A stretch of 63,903 nucleotides of DNA, the filler included, from Intoshia linei (lineage: Eukaryota > Animalia > Orthonectida), in NCBI GenBank assembly GCA_001642005.1. It is 4 parts of 4 records of this genome, joined end to end, with 100 filler letters (N's around TTAATTAATTAA, not from the genome) between each part and the next. Parts side by side here need not be neighbours in the genome. Positions count along the whole stretch, not along the records: positions 25,977 to 54,400 come from LWCA01000435.1; 3 more parts are not named here. One strand, 5' to 3'. Below the pieces are notes generated by a model. The model saw only the letters and a list, made by a program, of their open reading frames with translations. It ran no database searches and had not been told where the DNA came from. Of this stretch, positions 40,166 to 51,700 are shown piece by piece. Every line of letters starts with the position of its first letter. Position 1 is the stretch's first letter. Made by a program: the position numbers and the translations under genes.

Positions 40166-40818
40166 CAGCCATTCTCAACGTGGTTTATGTGGGCCCCTTG
40201 GGGTCCACAGCAGTTTTTTTGGGGTCCATGAAAATTATATACATTTATTACATATTATAGACAATTTCAGTAACATTAAGTCGTTTTTAAAACATAAACG
40301 CTCAGAAATACTAATATAAAACGTGCAAATCATGTAAAAGTAAATTCTTTGGTATTAAATTAAATTACTTACAAGTGTAAAAACTTATTGATGATTAATA
40401 AAAAAAAGCTTTAAATTTTAAATTGAAAATGAAACAAAACATCAGTCAATATTCATGATTCTATGAAACATTAACCAAAGGATATAATATATTAATTCTT
40501 CACAGGGAAGATAGATATTATAGACTTTTTATTGATCTGATAAAATATGTAGTAAACAATTAATAATGTACTGTAAACAATACATAAAAAACATGTTCCA
40601 TTTTGGGAACATTGACGGGTTAAAGGTTAATATTAATAGTTCATTAAGTGTATCACCTCGCAAAAATAGAGTACTCCATGTCTTTTGACCATCATTCGTT
40701 TCACCCAAATGTAATATTTCATTAAAAATTGTCATTATTATTAATTTTTTGGGGGGTCCATAGGTTTTTTGTAATATCATCTTATTGGTTCACAGCGAAA
40801 AAGGATTGAGAATGCCTG
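40166..40818. mobile_element. hAT Buster-type MITE (related copy ~57985-58512, fragment ~1020-1120)
   Basis: TIRs CAGCCATTCTCAA / TTGAGAATGCCTG; perfect TSD ATATATAC. Confidence 0.9.
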
Positions 40819-40884
40819 ATATATACAAATGATCATTTTTTTATAAGTCGCAGACCCATTTAAAAATAATNGTAGCAATGAATT

Positions 40885-41570
40885 ATATATATTTTTACTC
40901 ATAATTTTTTATTGGAAATGTGTAGACGTTCAATGCTTATTTTTTTTAAAATTGTAGGCTCAATATATACATTTTCAATTTTTATGTTAATCGAAATATT
41001 TGAAAAATACTGGTTGATACAAGGACAACTTAAACCTTTAATGTTAAACCTTAAATTATTTTTGACCGGGAATACGTAGTTTTCTGGTGTTGAAATTTTG
41101 TATTTATATTAACTGGAATAAGCTCTATCAGAATAATCTTTTTTTTTAATTTTCGGACCTTTAATTATTTCACATTTTTTGTTTTAATCTTATATTGCGG
41201 AAAAAGAATTATGAATATTAAATCTTTTTTGACCGTGAAGGGATCACTTATTCAGATTGAATTTTTTTGTGTGTGTTAACAGAATACAACGGTACCACCT
41301 GTATTTTTTTTTAAATTCTAGTGCTGTTTTCATTAATAAAAAAAGATAATTAGGGGTTTTTGCCCTGAATATATATTTTTTTTTAAATTTATGATAATGT
41401 TTATGATTTTAAAATTCGCTTTAGCGTATATATTTTTTAAATTTTACAACTCGTTTGATTTTCAAAAAGAAGGACAACTGGGGTTTTTGACCCGTAAGAT
41501 GTGAAATTGGGAGGTTGAAATTTATCTTATTATACGTCCAGGAAAAAACTGTAATTGAAATGTGGTCCTT
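40885..41570 (-). mobile_element. Helitron family internal segment
   Basis: High identity to 12930-13325, 37390-37560 and 38500-38640. Confidence 0.8.
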
Positions 41571-42591
41571 TTTGCGACCCAATGCATATTACGAACAACC
41601 AAACATTTGACGAGAATTCAGATATAGTAATTAGTAATTTGTCGGAAATTTTAAATCGAAGAATCAAATTCAATTTATCATTGCATAATTTATTAATTTA
41701 TTATTATTTATTAGTATCAATTTATTCCATATATTGAGATTTCTGTATTCAGATCTGAGCTTATCGTACCCGAGTCTACTCTTCATGGGATTTTTGATTT
41801 TCAGGGGGATCGACTATGATGGCTCTGCTTTGGCTGCACCCATATGTCATCACTTCATTTCAAAATCCATGAATATTGATGAAAATATTTAAATAACATA
41901 ATTAATATTAATTTAATATGTATGATTGATACTTATTTTGCTATTCTACCATTATTAATTTTTTTCTATATTTGGTGATGTTTAATTATACCATAAATTT
42001 TTTGATAAAACTGTTTTATATTTTACTTTTTATAATAATGTAAAGTAATAGAATAAGCTAAAAATACTGTGAAGTAATTAATTAAAAATAATTTTGAGAT
42101 TTACTTTTTACTATTTATATCGAGAATAACCTACAATTACATAAATTTTGCTATATAACTATTAATATTTAGATTGTTATAGTTATTTGCGATTCTTTGA
42201 CATTCGCGGTTTATTTGAACAGTTTTTGCAACTATTTTTGTCAAAATATATAACCTGTGCGTTAATATTTACATATTAAAATATTTAAAAAAGTTTAAAT
42301 TTAAATTTAAACAGAATTTGACATTAATTTAACTTTATTTTCAAAACTTCATTCAAGTTTAAAAACCCATGTACTTCATATGAAGTATATAACATATACG
42401 GTGACAAAAGTAGTGATATACATCCAGACAACCACTCTATCACATAAATTTTGTAAATTGTGATTAAAATTATCAAAATTTGAAAAAAAATATTTTTTTA
42501 ACAAAATATGTAGTGATATATCGCTTTCATACTAATCGAGAATCTCGATTCCAGATTTGAATATATATTTTTGATATAACTCACTTGTGAT

Positions 42592-42663
42592 GTCTAACTG
42601 GCAGAGTGGTTATAGTCATATAATTGTATTATGCGTGGCTAGGTTCGAATCAAGATTTTGACA
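42592..42663 (+). tRNA. tRNA-like sequence (pseudo-tRNA or SINE head); nominal TTG anticodon
   Basis: 72 nt; A box TGGCAGAGTGG, B box GGTTCGAATC; partial acceptor stem GTC..GAC; followed by a T7 run. Stems imperfect. Confidence 0.55.
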
Positions 42664-43429
42664 TTTTTTTATTTAAGATGAACTTATCAGAGTTTTTATC
42701 TGCCAATCGTTACAAAATATATAATTAATTTCAACTTCTCGCGAGTCGCGTCCCTTAGAGACTGTAACGCCGGTCGATAAACCATGACATAGAAAATACT
42801 TATATACTATAATATATCTATATTTTTATATAATGTTATTCCACAACTATAAATGTCACCTACATGTAATTTTACCAGTACCTATAATTATTGCGAGATT
42901 AAATTAGAAGATCCATAAAGGTAAGTAAAACTGTTATTTTTTAATTATGTTTACTTGAACTAATTTTACTTATCAATTTGATATTATCGAGTATCTGAAA
43001 TATCAGCAATTATTGTGATACCCATGATGATATTTACATGAACTAATTTTGAAAGGCATACATTAACACTAAATTTGTACAATGTATATGTAAAAATTTA
43101 AATTTTATATTGTTTATTCTATAAACATTTCAAGAAAACAATTTCATGAAAAACATGTTCATTTGAACAATTTTGAATATTTATTCACAACAAAACATGG
43201 GATTCACAAGTTTCGTACATGTGAGTTAATGTGACCAGAAAAATACGTAATATCACTTTTAGTTTATTTGATATAAATTTTAAGCCAAAAATTTTTATTT
43301 GTTATCATAGATAAGTAGTATTTTATGAATAATTATATTATATATTATATATATTTATTATTATTATTAATATATNAAATTGAATATTTTCAAAATGTTC
43401 ATATGGTGGAAGGCTGCCCTTTTGATATA

Positions 43430-43840
43430 TTTAAATTTTGAAATTCTAGGGCTATTTTCATTAAAAAAAAGGGTTATTTGGGGTTTTGGCCCTGAAGATA
43501 TAATTTTTGTAAATTTAAATTTATGCTAATGTTTATGATTTTAAAATCCGTATCAGCGTATATACTTTTTTTAAATTCTCCAACTCGTTTGATTTCAAAA
43601 AGAAGGACAATTGAAGTTTTTGACCCGTAAGATGTGAAATTGGGAGGTTGAAATTTATCTTATTATACGGTTTTTGACCCTTAAGATGTGAAATTGGGAG
43701 GTTGAAATTTATCTTATTATACGCGGAAAAAATTGATTGAAATGTGGACTTTATAAAATTCTAAGACTGGTAATTATTTACATAAAGTGGAACACACACA
43801 CACAAACAAAAATCGCGTAGCATACTATATAAGTAAGGAT
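43430..43840 (-). mobile_element. Helitron family 5' part with an internal ~53-bp tandem duplication
   Basis: Ends CACACACAAACAAAAATCGCGTAGCATACTATATAAGTAAGGA|T; GTTTTTGACCC..CTTATTATACG is repeated at ~43617-43722. Confidence 0.85.
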
Positions 43841-43984
43841 AATTTTATTTTATCTTCATATTAATTATTTACTATACTATATGGACTGTTTAATTAAGTT
43901 GTATGAGGATTACTGAGTCTAACTGTAAATAAATATAAAAATAATTTTTCGTGTAAAAATAAAATTTTTAATGTATCGATTTAG

Positions 43985-44701
43985 AATGAATCTATAAATA
44001 AATATTTGCAGTGAGTAGTCTCGTTAAATACTTCATTGTATAATTATTATAAAGTAGATTCAATTTATACACCTGTTAATTATGCTGAAAATATATGTAT
44101 TAGCATAGCACAAACATAAAAATGAAAAAAAATTGAAATTTATACTTATTACTAATTCCTTAATTTAACAGAAAACACAATATTACTTGTTCCAAAACGT
44201 ACATTGATAAAATTTACAATCTCTATCAAGTAAATTATTTTAAATGCGTAAATTTAACTTTAAAACAACGTATAGAAAAGAATTTCGCGAATTAATGATT
44301 TTGAATTGCCTGAATTTAATTACCTTTGGAAAAAATTGGATGTAAATGTTATTTTATTAAAAATTGGGTCAAACAACCAAGAATGCTTGAAAATTGTCTC
44401 ACTATTATTGAACCAACTATCTGATATTGACGGAGAAAAGATCGATAATTTTAATTGCATCATCAAAAAAGCAATTTTAAGATATAATGAAGAAAGTGAC
44501 GTAAAAATTGACATGAAAAAATCCTTGTCAATTATTAGAATCATTTTAACAAATTGCCCTGTAATTATTAAAATTTAATTTATTTATCAACAAATTTAGA
44601 CTGGTCCTCCCATTCAAGACGTTATACGTGTAATTGGTAAAAATGAAACTATTAAGCGTTTATCTTGTATTTGTTCTTGTGTAACCAATAAACATATTTG
44701 A
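43985..44701 (+). CDS. EARS2: Mitochondrial glutamyl-tRNA synthetase, C-terminal anticodon-binding part only
   Basis: YIDKIYNLYQ-KRISRINDF..EFNYLW..MKKSLSIIRIILTNCP-TGPPIQDVIRVIGKNETIKRL matches the EARS2 C-terminus (LRxxLxG..GPPV.E....LG..E...R). No HIGH/KLSKR exons found upstream. Confidence 0.75.
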
Positions 44702-44846
44702 GTCAAATGTTGGTCAGTAGTCAGTGTTTTAGTTTATCTCAGAGTAAATAGATTGTGTTTTGCTGTATCCGTGTTCACTGTAATAATTGGCACAATAGTT
44801 TAGATTTAATTTTCATTAACGTGACTGTATAAATAATTGCTAGAAT

Positions 44847-45226
44847 ATGAACGACGAATCGCAAAAAAGTGTAAATTTCAGTAAACCTACTCCAACAAGT
44901 CTTGGACATTTTAATTCGGGTAATTTGAATTTATTGTTTATTCTGATTAATTGTAATGGTTAGATAATGCTGTAAAGAAAAACTCTGAAAATGTGGATTT
45001 TTCAGGATCAAAAAATTGGAATTTTCATAACTTGAATCTTGAAACCAAACAAAACTATTCCGTTATCCTATTTAAAAACAACCCTGAAAAATCAGTTATT
45101 AAAGATTTAAATGATGCGAAAAAGTGGATTGGTAGTGACTCTCGGTTTGACAACATGACAAATCATGAAGAATATTTTTATAAACTTGGCTGCGTCATGG
45201 AAAACCACTTTTCATTGCTTAAGTAG
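44847..45226 (+). CDS. Two-exon hypothetical protein (~110 aa)
   Basis: ATG 44847, phase-1 GT-AG intron ~44920-44963, open to TAG 45226; coding-like composition; no family recognised. Confidence 0.5.
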
Positions 45227-45797
45227 ATTTTATTAACAATTTATATTAAATTTTTCTTTTACTACATATAATTTTAATTCATTTATAAATTTACAAAAAT
45301 CAATGACATTAATTGTAATTTTGAAAACATTTCATGAATTTATAATTTGACGGATAATCATAAGGAAAAAATTTGCCAAATTATGAAAAATGGTGACAAT
45401 AATAGTTGACATTAGTTTTTATTTGATGAGTAAAAGTTACATGTTTTGATTCATTTATATTCAATATATCTGAATTCTATTTGGGATAATCTTGGTATAA
45501 GACTCGTGCAAGTGGCTATTGAATCGATAAATTGATATAATTGGAAATTTAATCAAGTTTTCGGGCAATTGAATTAAAATCTCATCAAAGTCAAATAGGA
45601 CACATTGTTCTCATTTTAGCGACCCTAAAATTTTCAATTTTTCAAAACATTATTTAAAAATACTCGACTTTCGTTTTGTTACAATTTACCTATTCTGATC
45701 TATATTGATTTTTTTAATTACTTTTATATTACAATACCACTACGTAATACTTTTGCAAATGCTTTGATACTTTTTCCAACCAAGCAATCATTTGTAT

Positions 45798-48713
45798 ATG
45801 ACAATCATTGATTATGCTGTAATTATTCTTGGTGATGCCAAGGTTGGAAAAACTTGCATTATTCGAAGATTTATCAAGGGCACTTTTACTGATCAATATA
45901 TTGCCACTGTTGAAGATGTATATACTCAGGTAATTTGCGGTGTTATTTTATTGTTATTTATTTCAAGGTATGACAAGTTACATGTAAAAAATAAACCCAT
46001 GATTTTAACGAAATGGGTTAATTACATCGTAATTACTTTTACTTCAGGATGCACCTGTGAAATACATTAAAATTTAGACGCACGTTAAATTTTTATAAGA
46101 AAACGCACATCGGTATTCTAAAATGTGGTTTACTCATTGTGCAATGATTAAAATTGTTGTAATAATAAAAAATTACTTAATAATACTTTCATTAATTATA
46201 TGTAAATGCGACAACAATGTACTAAGAAATTTGGTAAAAATTTCAAAATTCGCGTTAAATTCATTTTCACTGCGTTAATTGAGGAATTGACACAGGTGGG
46301 GAAAATTCAGCCATAAGGCCGCATACGGCCTTGTTGACAATTTGGTACGTCATTCTGAACAATTTGAATTATTTTTCATTTAAAATTATTTTATTTATTA
46401 TATTACAGTCTAAGTACTTTTTAACGGAATTGAAAATTCCGTAATTCCGTCAATGTAAAATTTCCCCATAGGAACACCCCAGTTAACGGAATTTAATTTT
46501 TTTAAAAAACCATTAAATGGTGATATTTTTAGTTATTATGAGTTTTTGAATAATACATGACAAGCAATATACACAAAATATTATCAATTAATCCACATTA
46601 GTTTCTTAGGTCCATGGAAAATTTTATAAATTTTAAATTATTTACAAATATAAAATATTCAGTTAAAAATGATATTTCCGCAATTATAGTAATTATTTCT
46701 AATTAACCAATCTAATTATTTAAATAACTATTTAAAATGATAACAAATTGACTTCTAATTAGTAAAAAAATTAGTTTATATTGATGATAGTCATCAAAAA
46801 TAGATTCTAGAGCTTTAGAGATATAATTATTATTAACCGTATGTTTGGTTTATACAAATTCGTTAAAAAATAAATAATACAAAATTCCGTTAATTAATAA
46901 TATTAATTTTTGGTAAAATGGGATTACTCAGAAAGATATTGGTAAAAGCGGTTTTTTTCGTTAAGGGTTGGTAAAATAAGATTTTTTCCTTAAGGGTTGA
47001 TAAATTACGTTTTTTCTCATAAGATTTTACTAAATTAAATAAAATAAGCTAAAAATTTATCATTCACCCCCTAATAAAATTATTCACATTTTGGGATGAC
47101 CAGTCACCATGAGAATCACTGCTGTATTTGATTAAATTTTATTTAAAAAGGTGCGGCCTTATTAAATTTTGTTGGGACGTTAGTGCAACCTTCGAACAGT
47201 AAATACTTCCCAACCTCTGAATAAACACAAAAAAATACCGCGTTAACCGAATTTCACGTTAATCGAGGAATATGTTTCTATTCTGATGAATAATTCTATA
47301 TGTACATTGCAATAAATTTAGAGAATTAGCGACAATAAAAAATTGTGTGTCATGAAAATATATGATACAGCAGGATCATATCAATTTCCGGCTATGCGAT
47401 CATTATCGATAAAAAAAGCGGACGCTATAATATTAGTTTATTCGATAGACAGCTTGGAATCTTTAAAAACATGCGAACGTCTTCATGATGAAATCAAGGA
47501 AATAAAATCAACACAAATTTCACAAACACCAATTTTATTAGTAGGTAAAGTTAACATTGATTTTATATGAATTATAATTTAAAACTTGAGATTGCATTCC
47601 TCACTTACTAGAACAGTGGTTTCCAATTCAAATAGTGTACCGAGTCTGTACTATATATATTTTTAATTATAATATAATACGGATTTTTGAAATATAGATA
47701 TTCTCTATTTATATAGTCATGTTATCACTAAATAAGGTCATGTTTGCATTTGATATAGTCATGTTTGCATTTAATATAGTCATAATTATGACTAATAATA
47801 AACATAATGACTATATTATAAAATCAAATATGACTATATTAAATGCAAACATGACTATATAAATAGAGAACATCTATAATAACGTAGCGGTCGTCTAGGC
47901 TTAGAAATAAATTCCTAACATCTGGAAACTCTGTAATTAATATTAAAAATAAACAAAAGTTGATAAAATTTTGCGCATATTTTATTTGAATGTCACGGAC
48001 CCAGGCATATAGTTTGGGGCGTAAAGATACAAAATTCAGTTAATTGTATTAGCCACGAAAAACTACCAGAATTCGTGTTTGTTAAAATTTTAACACTTTT
48101 TATTCAATCTTACAAAAATAATGTAATTTTGGTTTTTGACCGAAGATACAAATATTTGATGTTGAAATTTATCCTAGTATCAGTGTCAGATAAAAACGAC
48201 TCAGTGTATGTTTTTAAATTATTGGTACTCTTAGTTTTATAAATAAATGGCTACACACATTTTGAGCTACTTTTACTTTATATAAGCAACAATATTACTA
48301 AACTGGAGATGTTAAAATTATTGTTACAAATCTTTCCTGAGTTGGGGTTATTATTTAAAGCACCAGTAATTATATAAATCGAACAACCTTAGACAGCGCA
48401 CTGATATATACAATAATTATATTTGGAATATACAATTACAATAATATAATAAAAAACTGAAAATGTCAATAATTTTTTTGAAAAATTAGGAAACAAATCA
48501 GATATTACGGAAGCCGAAATAAAAGTAAAATCAATTGACGCTGAAATTTTGGCTCGAAGAATGCGAGTAGGTTTTATACAAACATCTGCGAAAAAGAACC
48601 GAAACGTAGATGAAATGTTTCAAAAGTTACTACGAATGGATGTTAAACATAGACTAAGTATAAACATCAACAAACATGTAAACTCAAGATCATTTCCCTG
48701 TATTATTTCGTAA
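45798..48713 (+). CDS. Ras-family small GTPase of the Di-Ras/Rhes/Ras-dva group
   Basis: G1 GDAKVGKT, effector YIATVEDVY, G3 DTAGSYQFPAMRSLSI, G4 GNKSD (split by intron), G5 TSAK, C-terminal CaaX CIIS. Confidence 0.9.
47693..47878. mobile_element. Small palindromic MITE with ~21-bp internal subrepeats, nested in a Buster-type MITE (~47614-47933)
   Basis: TATAGATATTCTCTATTTATATAGTCATG / CATGACTATATAAATAGAGAACATCTATA; repeated ATAGTCATGTTTGCATTT. Confidence 0.8.
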
Positions 48714-48761
48714 TTTAATAAACCCATTTAAATGTACATTTTTATTTGCTACATTTACAAT

Positions 48762-51700
48762 TTAAACATTTTTGAGTGATATACTAATAATTTTAATATC
48801 ATCCAATGGTTTATCTGTGTCTTCGTCCGTTTTTACTTTGCTAATTTGATCTACAGTGTTCATTCCTTTGATAGTTATACCAAAAAGAGTGTGTTTACCA
48901 TCTAACCAGGCCTAATTATATAAAAATAAACTCAATTACATACAATTGTATACATTAATAAGTTACAGTAAAATAATGAATATTAATTATTAAATTTGAC
49001 AAAAATATTAAACTTACAGCTGGTACAACTGTTATAAAAAATTGAGATCCATTGGAATTTGGTCCAGCATTAGCCATACTAACAGAAAAGGCTTTGTCGT
49101 GTTTCAAATTAGGACTAAATTCATCCTCAAATTCTTTATTCCAAATAGATTTCCCACCTCGACCATCCCCTTAAAATACAGTCAAAGCAGTTTAATTCAA
49201 TTTAAAAAACCTTGTGGGTCTCCAGTTTGAATCATGAAATTTTTTATAACTCTGTGAAAAATGTGCCCATTATAATATCCATTTTTAGCATGTGTAGCAA
49301 AATTTTCACAAGCTTTGGGACATCTACACAAAATGTATGTAAAATCATAATTAATATCTCAACTTACTCTTCCATGTGTAATTTTATTGTGACATCTCCT
49401 AGAGTAGTGTGAAGAATAGCAATATTGAAAGCTATGAATTTTTTAGTGTATAGGGAAATTTTGTTCATGTCGTCTTTGGTGGGTCGTTCATTATACACAT
49501 CTCGTGAAATTCTAAATTCTAAATTATTTAAATTAAAAATTTGCATTACGTTTCAGTTTCAATTGGTCCGCGGCTGCTGAATAAATAAAATCTACTTTTA
49601 TTGTGCGCTGTACAAAATAATATTGGATCATTTGCAACTAGAGAATGCATATAACTATTTTCATCAGAATACATTTCCATAGGATAGAATTTTGTTTCAG
49701 TACGACCTGACCCTTGAAACAATGCAATAGTTAAAATTCTCATATTTTCATTTTGTCCCAAAACTCGCATACATTTTCCAGTGTGTACATCAACAACTAG
49801 AAATTAAAAATAAAAATACATATTTTAAAAGAATATTCTTAAATCTAACCATTGTTACTATAAATCCACTTTTACAAACCCTTAAGGGAAAATCCACATT
49901 TACAAACCCCTAAGGAAAAATCCCAATTTTATTTTTTTGAAATTCATGTTATTTCTAACGACTTTATAGGTTGTAACCAGGCCCCATCATAAAATAATTG
50001 GAATAATTTATTTCTGAGATTTATTTATTAGATGGAGAAATTGTATTGTATCCATGGATACACTATCATTTTTCTGTTTAGGGGCGTTAACCTAAAAAAG
50101 TTAGAGTACGTCCGGTTTATAATCCAATTAAAAGTCGGACCTCGTCAGAACTAGCTGTTATTCACAGCCAAGCTAATATATAATTATAATCAAATATATT
50201 ACATTTAACTCCAATCATGGTGGGATAAATTAAGTAATTTCCAGATTCATCGAATGCTATGATAAAAAAATAATATTGTCGATACAATTCCATTAGTAAT
50301 TACTCATTTCATATTTCAAGTGAGAAAATTTTCCTAGCTCGTTTTCAACAGCTATACGCCTTTGAATTTCCATATCTGTCGTCTGAGCTAAAACCTAACA
50401 GTTGAAATATTAAAAATTTTGATAAATAATTTAGAAAAATGTAAAAAACAGAATTTAAAGGGTATCTCATATAACTAATAAAATAATTTCGAAAAAAAGT
50501 TTTGATACTATAACTGTAAAGACATTCTTTTTAAATAGAATTTTTCTTATATTTTGGACAAATGATACAAATTACATTGATATATACCTTTAAATATTGT
50601 TCATTAATACTATCACTCTCATCGATAGTCATAATAATTTTACACGTCTTTAAATTAAAAATATCAATCTAAAAGCAAGTTATATTTTATCACATCAAAT
50701 AAAAATTAAAACCATTTTATCACAAGACATAATGGCAAATGAAAGTTCATCACAAGAAATACAAATTGATTTTATAGTGGTTTTTTTCTAAAATTTAAAA
50801 ATTAAATTTTGCCAATTTTTGCATGAAAAAACTTCATAATCTTTTTTTATTTATTTGATTTTGAAATTTATAATGCACCAGATAAAATAATAAACATTGA
50901 AATAACGATATAAATCAGTGTCCATTTTTGAAGTCCAGCAGATATGTGGAGATTTCATTATATCTGTTGAATTCCAAATTTCAAGCATTCCTATTTTATC
51001 GGTAGATATAAATATATCCTTATCATAGGCATACTAAAATTTAATTAAATGATGCATATCTATCAAATTTAGTTAATTCACACATCACAAATTATAATGT
51101 CAAATAAATATGCTCAAACCTTTAAAATTGTAATATTGTCTCTGTGAACCCTATTATATTCAACAACTACAGATCCATCACCCAGTCCATCATAAATAGA
51201 TATGATGTGAGAGTTTGCTTTGACACTATACAAAATATTTTATTATTGTACATTGATACTCTTCTTCAAGTAAACATACAGTAAGTAAGTAAAATTACGC
51301 AAGATTAATAAAATTCTATAAACTATTTCATATAAGGTCAAAAATATTCAACTTGAAAAAATAGAAAATTAATCAAGTTTTAATAGCCGATAAAATTGGA
51401 ATTTTTCATTAAGGGTTGGTTTATTTATGGCTCTAAATTAAGTCTCTAGTATAAAATAATGATAAATAATTTTTAAAATGTTTTTTATATAAATTTCAAG
51501 TGATTTTAAAATTACAAAATAAATAAAATAAAAATTTTGTTTTTAAAAAAATCAAAATACAACAAAAAAGTGGGAAACCGATATGAGGTAATTTGGTGTT
51601 TTTACCGTAAAGATATAAGTTTTTGAAAATGAAATTTATAATAATGTTCATGATTTTAAATTTTGTACCAGAAATGTATTTTTTAACTTGAAAATTATAG

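Noticed and set aside
40529-40780. Similar ORFs here and at 58096-58329 (GETNDGQ..WSTL..) suggesting a small gene family
   Set aside because: Both lie inside copies of the same hAT MITE; the similarity is nucleotide repeat homology.
47715-47860. CRISPR-like short repeats
   Set aside because: Eukaryotic DNA, no unique spacers or cas genes; the repeats are inverted subterminal units of a MITE.
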